Positions 10,405 through 18,785 of a DNA stretch of 64,000 nt are shown in pieces. The notes beneath the pieces were generated by a model. It was not told the origin of the DNA. It searched no databases and saw only the letters and a list, made by a program, of their open reading frames with translations. The number at the start of each line of letters is the position of its first letter. Within the stretch, counting starts at the first letter, position 1. Source of the stretch: a virus. Lineage: Duplodnaviria > Heunggongvirae > Uroviricota > Caudoviricetes. A program made the translations under genes and the position numbers. The stretch lies in IMG/VR virus record IMGVR_UViG_3300027708_000034, positions 18,332 to 82,331 of that record; one strand, given 5' to 3'.

Positions 10405-11052
10405 GTGAAAAAGCCCAAAATAGCAGTATTCATGCATCAACCCATGTGCTCGGTACAATCGGGCAACGGGATCATTAACGCCCTAAAATCACACTACGAT
10501 TTCAAAATATTCACCAAACATGAATTAGAGTCTGTATTCTTCAAAGATGTTGATATGGTTGCCTTTCCCGGTGGGTTTGGCAATTCTGATAGTTATGACT
10601 ACTTGCTGAAAATAAACGGCGACCCCATAAGGGAATTTGTCGATCGTGGCGGCAAGTATCTAGGCATTTGTATGGGCGCCTATTGGACCGGCAGTCACTA
10701 CTTTGACCTGCTGGATGGCATTGATGCTGTACAATACTACAAACGACCCACGGCCTGTACACATCGCCCACATACAAAGGCCATGCCCGTGACATGGAAT
10801 GGGCGGCCTGAAAAGATGTTCTTCAATGATGGATGCACCTTTGTGGGCAACCCTAAAAAGTATGAAACCATAGCCACTTATTCAAATGGTGATCCAATGG
10901 CCATCATACAAAACGGTATGGGATTAGTCGGCTGTCATCCAGAGAGCGAACAGTTTTGGTATGACAGTTATCGTTGGATGCCACCACATTGGCATGAGCA
11001 CAGACATCACAGCCTATTGCTTAAATTCGTGGACCAGCTGATGCAGCGGTAG
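10405..11052 (+). CDS. Class I glutamine amidotransferase-like protein (GATase1/BPL_N-like)
   Basis: GICMGAYW nucleophile-elbow (G-x-C-x-G) and an upstream AFPGGFG motif. The 3' end overlaps the convergent minus-strand gene by about 30 nt. Confidence 0.5.
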   Translation: MKKPKIAVFMHQPMCSVQSGNGIINALKSHYDFKIFTKHELESVFFKDVDMVAFPGGFGNSDSYDYLLKINGDPIREFVDRGGKYLGICMGAYWTGSHYFDLLDGIDAVQYYKRPTACTHRPHTKAMPVTWNGRPEKMFFNDGCTFVGNPKKYETIATYSNGDPMAIIQNGMGLVGCHPESEQFWYDSYRWMPPHWHEHRHHSLLLKFVDQLMQR

Positions 11053-12727
11053 CAGCTTTAGTACCCATTGGTATTTTAGATCCATCTGGCTTATTTAGAT
11101 TTTGTATACCCGGGGGATCTTGTGTAGTCGGCACAGGTTGCTGTTGTTGTACCGGTGCAGGTTGCTGTTGTACTGGTGCAGGTTGTTGCATAGTTTGCTG
11201 TTGAACAGGTTCTGATTGATTGGGATTCTGTTCTATATAGTTTTCGATATCGGCAATATTCTTTAACAACGGACCCATATTAATTCTATTTCTAACAGCT
11301 TTTGATCTATTATCAAATTGAGATCTAAGATCAATCAATCTAGCTGGATCACCTCTTGATGGGGTGAATTTTTTGGCCAAATCAGTTTTAGGCAATCCGT
11401 ATATAGAAATTACATATCCCTTTTCTTGTCTCAGCTCAACAAACAATTTAAGTTGTTTTAGTGCTTGTTCGAACTCTGTTCCAAAAGACAACTCTGCAAA
11501 GGCTCTTTTACTATCCGGTTCTAAGATAACCATTTCAACGCCTTCTTCTTTTCTGGTCAGATGTGTTAGTAATCCTTGATAAACATTTTCAATAAGGCTG
11601 TCTGGATTGCTTTTTGCCAAAACTTGTAACTGTTTGCTAATGTATTGATAACTATGAGAAAAAGCATTTTGAAAGTTTTGTTCTTTTTTATCATTCCAAG
11701 TAGCAGGTGCTTTGTAAGGAATTTCGTAGAATTTTTTTCTAAGATCTTCTGATAATGGTATTCCTACAATAGAGGTAAAAAAATCATTTAAGTTATCAAA
11801 ATTATGTCCGCCGGCCTGTCCAAACTGTTCAACGCCGCCTGCCTTAACACTTAGCAGTCTCTTTGCGGTTTCTTTACCGTCGATTAAAATCTTCAAGTCT
11901 ACCTTGGTTGTATTTTGATTTTCTTTTTCTGCACCATCGCTGATGACATCGATCTTATTTTCTCTCGGGTCCGTTACTGCTTCGTTAACTGCGCCAGATA
12001 TGCGTTTGGATTTATTAGCATATTCAATTGCACTTTTTAAACGTTGATCAAAAAGTGCAATTTTGTCTTTAGGAACATTATAGTCTTTTAAAGTTTTTCC
12101 TCTACTGTCTTCATTTAACCAAGCATAAAATGCTTTATTATCCATGAAGGGAATACTTACTTTAAACTCTAATATATCTTTTCCTGCTTGAATTTGTATA
12201 CTTCCTTTATTTCTTGCCAACTCTTTGGCTATGCTTATTACCTGCATTTCTGTAATAATTGAACCTTGGTTGGAAAATTTAGCAGCGACAGCACACCCTA
12301 AAATTGCCTCGGATACATTTCCCATGTTAGGATCAATTTCACCTTTGACTTTTTCATCTTTATAAATTTGTTTTGGAATAACATTTTCCCACTCTTCGCC
12401 AGTAGGTTCGAAAGTCTGATCATCAACTTCTGCCACAGTGAAAAACACATTACTGAAGTCTTTAAGTTTTATAGCACGTTTCATTTGTGCGATAACATTC
12501 TCAGGGTTTTGTATAATTCCTAAAAATCTATTCTCAGTTTTTTCTGCTTTTCTTGAACCGGGCAACTTTTCAGAAGTTACAACATTGAAAGCATACACTT
12601 GATTGTTAATTAACCCGTCAAAAAATAAATTATAATACTGAGGTTTAAGCCAATCGTTATCATTGCCTGTCTGGCTCATGAGCTTTTCAAGTAGTATTGA
12701 TTCGGATAAAAATTCTCTTGCTCGCAT
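11021..12727 (-). CDS. Putative head internal protein with T4-like capsid targeting sequence (start taken at MRAREFLSE)
   Basis: The N-terminus MRAREFLSE resembles the T4 internal-protein capsid targeting sequence MKTYQEFIAE, including the L/I-x-E prohead-protease site. C-terminal PAPVQQQ repeats. It is the last gene of the dnaK operon. Confidence 0.5.
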   Translation of the reverse strand: MRAREFLSESILLEKLMSQTGNDNDWLKPQYYNLFFDGLINNQVYAFNVVTSEKLPGSRKAEKTENRFLGIIQNPENVIAQMKRAIKLKDFSNVFFTVAEVDDQTFEPTGEEWENVIPKQIYKDEKVKGEIDPNMGNVSEAILGCAVAAKFSNQGSIITEMQVISIAKELARNKGSIQIQAGKDILEFKVSIPFMDNKAFYAWLNEDSRGKTLKDYNVPKDKIALFDQRLKSAIEYANKSKRISGAVNEAVTDPRENKIDVISDGAEKENQNTTKVDLKILIDGKETAKRLLSVKAGGVEQFGQAGGHNFDNLNDFFTSIVGIPLSEDLRKKFYEIPYKAPATWNDKKEQNFQNAFSHSYQYISKQLQVLAKSNPDSLIENVYQGLLTHLTRKEEGVEMVILEPDSKRAFAELSFGTEFEQALKQLKLFVELRQEKGYVISIYGLPKTDLAKKFTPSRGDPARLIDLRSQFDNRSKAVRNRINMGPLLKNIADIENYIEQNPNQSEPVQQQTMQQPAPVQQQPAPVQQQQPVPTTQDPPGIQNLNKPDGSKIPMGTKAATAASAGPRI

Positions 12728-12737
12728 AGTAGTATAT

Positions 12738-13409
12738 TTATACCACTTCTGGGAACAGGACTTCGTCCACAAACCGCTTCATCTTAGATTCATCTATGCC
12801 CATACTGACCATGCTGCGTATGACATGGGGGTTTTGCTTTTGATAATAGCAATAACGGTTCTGCGCCATATGGAAATCTGCTAGATCCTGCTGCGTATTG
12901 CCTACATTTAATAGATAATAATCCAAGGTTCTTGTGGCCAGCTCGCATAGATTATTCAACTCTTCCTCGGTTGATACATTGCCAGCAGCAACCATGTTGG
13001 GACTAAAAATTTGCTGAGCCCATTCTGGCAGATTCCTAGACTTACCCCACTCGTAAAACAATGCTTCGGTCCCGAACCACTTCATCATAGGATGGGCAGG
13101 ATCTCCTGCTGCGCTGAAGTCGCAGAATGCACCTGTGATTTTATTGGGACCGCAGACTGCATCAAAGCCCCAAATAGGGCTAGGATCGTTAAAGTGTGGA
13201 AATACTGTAGAGTGCAGTATATAGATATTGTGGCTCTCCCTATGGTCTACGATTTCCACATGGGCTCTGCGATATCGCGGGCTGGTCCAAAGGTCATTGT
13301 GCCATTCATAATCACTACTGATCTTGCCGTGTACAGCCTCACCGGTGGCATTGAATCTCGATTTGATATCCTCAGCTAATTTTTCAATTTTGTCCCAAAC
13401 GTTCGCCAT
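12738..13409 (-). CDS. Ferredoxin-dependent bilin reductase (PcyA/PebS/PcyX family)
   Basis: WTSPRYRRAHVEIV...ILHSTVFPHFNDPSPIWGFDAVCGPNKITGAFCDFS aligns with the PcyA core (YQTPQFRKMHLEL...ILHCVMFPEP...[20 protein letters not shown]). Confidence 0.85.
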   Translation of the reverse strand: MANVWDKIEKLAEDIKSRFNATGEAVHGKISSDYEWHNDLWTSPRYRRAHVEIVDHRESHNIYILHSTVFPHFNDPSPIWGFDAVCGPNKITGAFCDFSAAGDPAHPMMKWFGTEALFYEWGKSRNLPEWAQQIFSPNMVAAGNVSTEEELNNLCELATRTLDYYLLNVGNTQQDLADFHMAQNRYCYYQKQNPHVIRSMVSMGIDESKMKRFVDEVLFPEVV

Positions 13410-13926
13410 ATGATTCCATTATTTTAATCGCCCAGTCAAAGGCTATGTTAGCTTCATCTCCCATGTCGTCTGACAGCATACTACGCATATTAGTCATCAA
13501 CATTTTAGGATCTTCAAAGTCTAAATGTGAGTGCGGTGCGTCCACGATCTTCTTGATCATCTGCCCACCAAACAAGTCGCCCATATGCCAAGTGTATAAG
13601 TGTGCCATGATGCGTTTAGGATCATCTAGTGATCTAATGTAGCTGGCGTAATCCTTTGTCTCTTGCTTATATGTATTGTAACTACCCGTGGGTTTATCCA
13701 TGCTTTGGTAATCATCCATTATCAGTCCTGCCCGTTCAATCCCGGGCAATGCATTTAGCAATCCTGCTTTTCGAGCAGCATGTTCGATCTCTTTATACCA
13801 AAGTTGTTTTTGATAGGTAAAATCTACCCATAGTTCAAAGGGCAATGTTTTGTCAAATACTGCTTTCATGAAAGCAGTGCTTTCGGCAGCAGTGTGTTTG
13901 TCTTTGGTGAGATCTTTTAGGCTCAT
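13384..13926 (-). CDS. Heme oxygenase (short phage-type HO)
   Basis: LKDLTKDKHTAAESTAFMKAV matches HO-1 LKEATKEVHTQAENAEFMRNF. AHLYTWHMGDLFGGQMIKKI matches [20 protein letters not shown]. Confidence 0.85.
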   Translation of the reverse strand: MSLKDLTKDKHTAAESTAFMKAVFDKTLPFELWVDFTYQKQLWYKEIEHAARKAGLLNALPGIERAGLIMDDYQSMDKPTGSYNTYKQETKDYASYIRSLDDPKRIMAHLYTWHMGDLFGGQMIKKIVDAPHSHLDFEDPKMLMTNMRSMLSDDMGDEANIAFDWAIKIMESYGERLGQN

Positions 13927-14225
13927 TCCTGTACTGCCTTAGTGACCAAAGGATGACCGTTTAGTCTAGACAGCTCAGTGGCCTCTGCGACTTTCTGTTC
14001 GGCGATTTCATAACTGTAGATGCCCACTGCCGCACTACCTTGTTCATGAATCTGATAAGTCAATCTAATAGCAGATTCAGTGCTTATAGAAAACACCTTA
14101 ACCAGCAATGCTATCACAAATTCTACAGGAGTATAATCGTCGTTCATGACGACTACTTTATATTTGCTAGGTTCTTTTAACTTCCTAGTAACTCTTGTTT
14201 TTTCTTCAATTGCAGTATCAGTCAT
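13923..14225 (-). CDS. clpS: ClpS ATP-dependent Clp protease adaptor (N-degron recognin)
   Basis: YKVVVMNDDYTPVEFVIALLVKVF...GHPL is colinear with E. coli ClpS ([24 protein letters not shown]...EHPL). Confidence 0.85.
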   Translation of the reverse strand: MTDTAIEEKTRVTRKLKEPSKYKVVVMNDDYTPVEFVIALLVKVFSISTESAIRLTYQIHEQGSAAVGIYSYEIAEQKVAEATELSRLNGHPLVTKAVQE

Positions 14226-14269
14226 CTAATTCTTTCTTTATAAATGGGGGAGATTTACTCCCCCGATGT

Positions 14270-14704
14270 TTAATCGCCTTTGATAGTTAGTACACGCGGC
14301 TTCAATGCTTCGGGTACCACGCGATCTATTTTAATGGTTAAAACACCATTTTTAATAGCGCCTTCGCCTACGATCATATGTTCAGCCAGTGTCCACGAAC
14401 GAGTAAAGTCGCGGAATGCCAAACCACGGTGTAGAAATTCAGCATCGACATCACTGTCTTTGCTGCGAACACCTTTAACGATCAATTGGTTTTGATCGAT
14501 CTCAACCGCAACTTCATCCTTGGCAAAACCTGTCACAGCGATTTCGATCTCGTAAGTATCTTCATCGTGCTTGACGATATTGTAAGGTGGATAGCTGTTG
14601 TTGATTTGATTTGCAAAACGATTTTCGAAATCGTTGAACATGGTATCAAAACCTAGTAGTGCTCTATTAAGAGCATGGGTGTCAAAACGTACTAATTGTG
14701 TCAT
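14270..14704 (-). CDS. Small heat shock protein Hsp20 (IbpA/IbpB-like)
   Basis: FDTMFNDFENRF...YPPYNIVKHDEDTYEIEIAVTGFAKDEV...VPEALKPRVLTI is colinear with E. coli IbpA (alpha-crystallin domain, IxI-like C-terminus). Confidence 0.9.
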   Translation of the reverse strand: MTQLVRFDTHALNRALLGFDTMFNDFENRFANQINNSYPPYNIVKHDEDTYEIEIAVTGFAKDEVAVEIDQNQLIVKGVRSKDSDVDAEFLHRGLAFRDFTRSWTLAEHMIVGEGAIKNGVLTIKIDRVVPEALKPRVLTIKGD

Positions 14705-14791
14705 ATTTTTCTCCTTTAAAAGTAAGTGACAACATTGGGCATTGTGCCCTATAAAGTGGGACCCTAAATAGGTATCCCACGATATTATTTA

Positions 14792-16693
14792 TTATACAGT
14801 TTCCTTAGCCTCTGCGTCAACGACTCCATCAGCCGCATCCTTTTTAGCCTGTTCTTCAGCCTTCTTGGCTGCTTCCTCGGCTTGGTTTTTCTTAGCAGTG
14901 ACTGGGTTCATGGCTTGATAAAGTTTAGGAATAGTATCTTGGATGAGTTTTACATCATCGCCCGACATGGCATCCTCAAGCGCCTTGACCGCGTCTTCAG
15001 CAGTAGCACGTTCTTCTTCAGTGAGTTGGTCACTGTATTTTTCTAGATCCTCTTTGAATCCGTTCAATGTACCTTCTGCACGATTGCGTTCCTCAATCAA
15101 CTCGCGCTGCTTCTTATCTGCTTCAGCATTGAGTTCAGCATCTTGGACCATGCGATCGATTTCCTCTTTGGTCAATCCGCTGTCGGACTTGATAGTGATC
15201 TTGTTCTCTTTGCCTGTGCCTTTATCAGCTGCTTTGATATTCATGATACCGTTGGCATCGATATCTAGCGTGACTTCGATCTGTGGAACACCTTTGCGAG
15301 CAGGTGGGATGCCTTCTAATTTGAATTCGCCCAACAATTTATTATGCTGGACGAATTCACGCTCGCCTTGGAATACTTTGATGTCCACTGCAGATTGATT
15401 ATCTTCGGCTGTTGAGAACACTTGACTATGCTTGGTAGGAATAGTGGTATTCTTTTGAATCAACTTGGCCATCACCCCGCCCATGGTTTCGATACCAAGA
15501 CTCAATGGGGTAACGTCTAGCAATAGAACGTCTGTACGTCCACCACCTAGCACATCGCCTTGGATAGCAGCACCTGCGGCCACTGCTTCGTCTGGATTGA
15601 CGTCTTTGCGAGGAGCCTTGCCAAACAACTTCTCAACTGTTTCAACTACCTTAGGCATACGTGTCATACCACCGACAAGGATAACTTCGTCGATATCGCT
15701 GGCTGTGACTTTGGCATCTGCCATAGCTGTCTTGCATGGCTCGATACTGCGTTGGATCAGTTCGTCTACCAAACTTTCCAATTTAGCACGGGTCAACTTA
15801 ACGTTCATGTGTTTAGGACCTGATGCATCTGCTGTGATGTAAGGCAAGTTAACATCGGTCTGTGCTGAACTTGACAGTTCAATCTTGGCCTTTTCTGCTG
15901 CCTCTTTAAGACGTTGTAGTGCCAACATGTCTTTCTTGAGATCAACGCCGTTGTCCCGCTTGAATTCATCGACCAAGAAGTCCATGATACGTTGGTCAAA
16001 GTCTTCACCACCCAGGAATGTATCACCGTTGGTGCTTAGTACTTCGATTTGTTTCTCGCCATCAACATTGGCAATTTCGATGATGGATACGTCAAATGTA
16101 CCGCCACCCAAGTCATATACAGCAATCTTGCGATCACGCTTGTCTGCTTTATCAACACCATAGGCCAGTGCAGCAGCAGTAGGTTCGTTGATGATACGCA
16201 ACACTTCAAGTCCAGCGATCTTACCTGCATCTTTAGTTGCTTGACGTTGCTGGTCGTTGAAGTAGGCAGGAACTGTGATAACAGCCTGCGTGACTTCGTG
16301 TCCCAAATAGTCCTCAGCAGTCAGTTTCATCTTGCGAAGTACTTCAGCTGAAATCTGTGGTGGGGCAAGTTCTTGTTCGTTGGCCTTGACCCAAGCATCG
16401 CCATTACTGGCTTCGATGATTTTGTAGGGCATCAGATCGATGTCCTTCTGCACAGCCTGTTCTTTGAACTTACGTCCAATCAAACGCTTGGCTGCATAAA
16501 TTGTGTTTTTTGGATTGGTGATTGCTTGTCGTTTGGCACTTGCACCTACCAGAATTTCATCGCTAGCATATGCAATGATGCTGGGAGTAGTCCTCGCACC
16601 TTCGCTGTTTTCGATTACTTTGGGGATACCGTTTTCAATAACGGCTACGCATGAATTGGTTGTACCGAGGTCGATACCGATTACTTTACTCAT
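14792..16693 (-). CDS. dnaK: Molecular chaperone DnaK (bacterial-type Hsp70)
   Basis: N-terminus [31 protein letters not shown], and an acidic, lid-like C-terminus. Full length 633 aa. Confidence 0.95.
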   Translation of the reverse strand: MSKVIGIDLGTTNSCVAVIENGIPKVIENSEGARTTPSIIAYASDEILVGASAKRQAITNPKNTIYAAKRLIGRKFKEQAVQKDIDLMPYKIIEASNGDAWVKANEQELAPPQISAEVLRKMKLTAEDYLGHEVTQAVITVPAYFNDQQRQATKDAGKIAGLEVLRIINEPTAAALAYGVDKADKRDRKIAVYDLGGGTFDVSIIEIANVDGEKQIEVLSTNGDTFLGGEDFDQRIMDFLVDEFKRDNGVDLKKDMLALQRLKEAAEKAKIELSSSAQTDVNLPYITADASGPKHMNVKLTRAKLESLVDELIQRSIEPCKTAMADAKVTASDIDEVILVGGMTRMPKVVETVEKLFGKAPRKDVNPDEAVAAGAAIQGDVLGGGRTDVLLLDVTPLSLGIETMGGVMAKLIQKNTTIPTKHSQVFSTAEDNQSAVDIKVFQGEREFVQHNKLLGEFKLEGIPPARKGVPQIEVTLDIDANGIMNIKAADKGTGKENKITIKSDSGLTKEEIDRMVQDAELNAEADKKQRELIEERNRAEGTLNGFKEDLEKYSDQLTEEERATAEDAVKALEDAMSGDDVKLIQDTIPKLYQAMNPVTAKKNQAEEAAKKAEEQAKKDAADGVVDAEAKETV

Positions 16694-16736
16694 TTTTTCT
16701 CCTTTAAATTAAGTAAGATTTTTTGGTGTTACACCG

Positions 16737-16763
16737 TTGTAGATGCCATTAGGTCATCTACAC
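16737..16763 (-). promoter_or_regulatory. 9-bp inverted repeat with 9-bp spacer (TTGTAGATG-N9-CATCTACAC) in the dnaK leader. CIRCE-like geometry but a different sequence.
   Basis: Lies between the predicted dnaK promoter (-10 at 16772-16777) and the SD. Eight of nine arm positions are complementary. Confidence 0.45.
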
Positions 16764-16771
16764 ATTTATTT

Positions 16772-16800
16772 AGTATAGCTAGATTAGCTGGATGTGTCAA
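16772..16800 (-). promoter_or_regulatory. Sigma70-type promoter for dnaK (minus strand: TTGACA-N17-TATACT)
   Basis: -35 TTGACA (RC of 16795-16800), 17-nt spacer, -10 TATACT (RC of 16772-16777). Sits about 70 nt upstream of the dnaK ATG. Confidence 0.5.
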
Positions 16801-17038
16801 CGTGGTCCGCAGCTTTTTCGACTCCACGCATGGCTTCGTCATATTCTCTTCTACTCTTTCCCACATCGAAATTATCAGGCACAGATTCTCGGATGGCAGT
16901 TAAAATTGGATGTAATAGTTTACTTGTGATTCCTCGGCTCATGTCTTCCATGACCTCTGCAGGATCGTCACCATTGGCGATCCGTTGAAGGGCCCGACCT
17001 TTTTCGAACATTTCTACTCTAGCCGCCCATGACTCCAT
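16784..17038 (-). CDS. Orphan glutamyl-tRNA reductase (HemA) C-terminal dimerisation-domain-like protein, 85 aa from the internal Met METMESW
   Basis: RALQRIANGDDPAEVMEDMSRGITSKLLHPILTAIRE parallels the GluTR dimerisation domain (E. coli [37 protein letters not shown], B. subtilis GIVNKLLHDPVVRLKE). No catalytic or NADPH domain is present. The longer 153-aa ORF form overlaps the upstream gene. Confidence 0.4.
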   Translation of the reverse strand: MESWAARVEMFEKGRALQRIANGDDPAEVMEDMSRGITSKLLHPILTAIRESVPDNFDVGKSRREYDEAMRGVEKAADHVDTSS

Positions 17039-17042
17039 TGTT

Positions 17043-17348
17043 TCACCCGGTTTTATTTTCACGATTAGACTTAATATGATGTCCGTATTTAAGCACAAAA
17101 AAAGTAGCGTACTTTTCTGTATAAAAAGCAAATACAGCATTGGGCGCAGGTATTGGTGGATCGTTGTATGTTCTATATGGAGCAGGATGATACGCCCAAT
17201 CAAAATCGTGACCCATGATCCATCCCTGTTCTCGTAGTTCTTCAACTATGTCCAACAGTGCGGGCACTTTGATATCGTGGAGTGTTATTTGATTCATGAC
17301 CACCTTATCAAGAACATGGTCAGGTCCTGTGGTCGTTTGAAATACCAC
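17043..17348 (-). CDS. Hypothetical protein (true start probably the internal Met MNQITLHD)
   Basis: ORF in the minus-strand gene train. Its N-terminal region overlaps the upstream paralog gene. Confidence 0.4.
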   Translation of the reverse strand: MVFQTTTGPDHVLDKVVMNQITLHDIKVPALLDIVEELREQGWIMGHDFDWAYHPAPYRTYNDPPIPAPNAVFAFYTEKYATFFVLKYGHHIKSNRENKTG

Positions 17349-17563
17349 CTGCCGTCGTGATAGACACAGGTTTCAGATTTGAAAGTTTCTGCACACCATT
17401 GGCTTTGATCCCATAACTCACGGCCAGGAGTGAGCGCATGGGCCGCTGGGGTGCTATGAGTCAGTCGAACTCTGCGGCGGCCGTAATCAATGATCAATAC
17501 GGGCCGTTCTGCTGTTATGACCACCTCTGCTGTCATAACCACCTCAGGATAAACATAGTCCAT
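17294..17563 (-). CDS. Small protein, TMFILRWS family member 1 (C-terminus TMFLIRWS)
   Basis: Shares the C-terminal motif W-x-F-x(6-7)-TMF(I/L)(L/I)RW(S/L) with the next two genes. Its start overlaps the end of the upstream paralog. Confidence 0.5.
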   Translation of the reverse strand: MDYVYPEVVMTAEVVITAERPVLIIDYGRRRVRLTHSTPAAHALTPGRELWDQSQWCAETFKSETCVYHDGRWYFKRPQDLTMFLIRWS

Positions 17564-17793
17564 TGTTGCTCAGTAAATTCAAAGGTCACCCAAGAATTTT
17601 CACTGCGATACATTCTATTCATACCAAAATATTCAGGCGCTGTTGAAAATAATCCGTCGAATCCATGCTCACGCCAACTTTCCTGCATATCATCTGGTAA
17701 CTGATTTACGATAACATCTTTAACCATTCTCCACCCGGCCTTCTCCGCATGATCGTCTATCCCCATTTCAGCACCTAATACTATCATGACCAC
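17533..17793 (-). CDS. Small protein, TMFILRWS family member 2 (C-terminus TMFILRWL)
   Basis: Same C-terminal motif. Overlapping start/stop with its neighbours. Confidence 0.5.
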   Translation of the reverse strand: MVMIVLGAEMGIDDHAEKAGWRMVKDVIVNQLPDDMQESWREHGFDGLFSTAPEYFGMNRMYRSENSWVTFEFTEQQWTMFILRWL

Positions 17794-18074
17794 CTCAAGA
17801 TAAACATAGTGCGATCCCGCTCATCACGGAACCACAACTTTTGATTACTGCCTATACAGCGAGCATTCGCCGATGACCAATCACTCTCTCCTATAGTTTC
17901 AGTGATCCAATCAGACATATCAAGCCATTCGTCCGCAGAGTAATTCAATGGTTTGACCCAATAAGGATATTTAGGTTGTATCTCAGCATAGCCGGTTTCA
18001 AGACGTTTTGCAGGTATAAAACTATCAACATCATCTACCCATCTTGCTTGAGACATAGCACGTTTCTTAAACAT
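17784..18074 (-). CDS. Small protein, TMFILRWS family member 3 (C-terminus TMFILRWS)
   Basis: Same C-terminal motif. Confidence 0.5.
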   Translation of the reverse strand: MFKKRAMSQARWVDDVDSFIPAKRLETGYAEIQPKYPYWVKPLNYSADEWLDMSDWITETIGESDWSSANARCIGSNQKLWFRDERDRTMFILRWS

Positions 18075-18321
18075 TAATCATCTTACCAACATGTTCCACA
18101 GTGAGATCATTGTTGGGCACGATAGGAGCGTTCCACATCAAGGCCATCATCAATGCGTCCTTGTTGCTGTTAAAAACAAAGTCCATATGCTCGGTATCGA
18201 CACGGGTATGAAATCTATCACCAGGTAGGCCAAAGTATTCTACAGCCCATGCGCAGACTTCATTCCATTTTTGCTCATTATCGAATTCACGACCCCATGC
18301 TATGCGTACTGTGCTGCTCAT
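18067..18321 (-). CDS. Small protein, divergent relative of the TMFILRWS family (internal DFVFNSNKDALMMALMWNA)
   Basis: Motif-like segment F-x-F-x5-ALMMALMW followed by a C-terminal extension. Adjacent to the family. Confidence 0.4.
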   Translation of the reverse strand: MSSTVRIAWGREFDNEQKWNEVCAWAVEYFGLPGDRFHTRVDTEHMDFVFNSNKDALMMALMWNAPIVPNNDLTVEHVGKMINV

Positions 18322-18542
18322 GTCTGCTTCTTAGGATCTTCGATTTTAGCGTCGATACAGGTGCCTTCTAGTATGGTCATCTTTCCGGCATTGGCCTGCT
18401 CAGCAACTTCCAGCATATGTATTTTTTGACTGTCGATGCTGGCTCTGCATTGTGCCTCACTTCGATAAACTGTTTGGGCCTGCATAAAATTACAGTTGCC
18501 ATTCATACAGATGAACAGCACAGGTATAAAAATTTCAATCAT
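18318..18542 (-). CDS. Small hypothetical protein with hydrophobic N-terminus and four Cys
   Basis: ORF in an ATGA-overlap chain. IFIPVLFICMNGNC N-terminal hydrophobic segment. Confidence 0.4.
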   Translation of the reverse strand: MIEIFIPVLFICMNGNCNFMQAQTVYRSEAQCRASIDSQKIHMLEVAEQANAGKMTILEGTCIDAKIEDPKKQT

Positions 18543-18784
18543 AGTTCAACTCCAAAAAATTCTCTAAGGTGTTTCTGCACCTGTGATGCACCCTCGTAAC
18601 TCAAATCTGAATTTTCATCACGCAGGACATCACGCACACATTCGATAGCATGACCAACAATCAACTCGGCAAACTTTTCTAAGTCTGTTTCTCGACCATC
18701 CACAACAGGCACCATTGGATTGCTCATCAGTTGAGTAAATCTCAGCCCAGCCTGTTCGGCAAGTTCTTTAATTCGTTCGTTCAT
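18539..18784 (-). CDS. Small protein, MNERIKELAEQA/KFAELIV/FGVE family member (start taken at the internal MNERIKELAEQAG)
   Basis: Shares the N-terminal MNERIKELAEQA, central KFAELIVGHAIEC and C-terminal FFGVEL motifs with four paralogs at 30.3-31.5 kb. Confidence 0.5.
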   Translation of the reverse strand: MNERIKELAEQAGLRFTQLMSNPMVPVVDGRETDLEKFAELIVGHAIECVRDVLRDENSDLSYEGASQVQKHLREFFGVEL

Positions 18785-18785
18785 A

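Noticed and set aside
14943-16712. Multiple plus-strand ORFs of 60-150 aa overlapping dnaK
   Set aside because: They sit entirely within the highly conserved DnaK coding sequence on the opposite strand. They have serine-rich nonsense composition and no RBS.
16784-17245. Long form (153 aa) of the HemA-C-like ORF
   Set aside because: The N-terminal 69 codons are hydrophobic low-complexity sequence overlapping the upstream gene (17043-17348). The internal Met at 17038 follows that gene's stop directly, so the 85-aa form is preferred.
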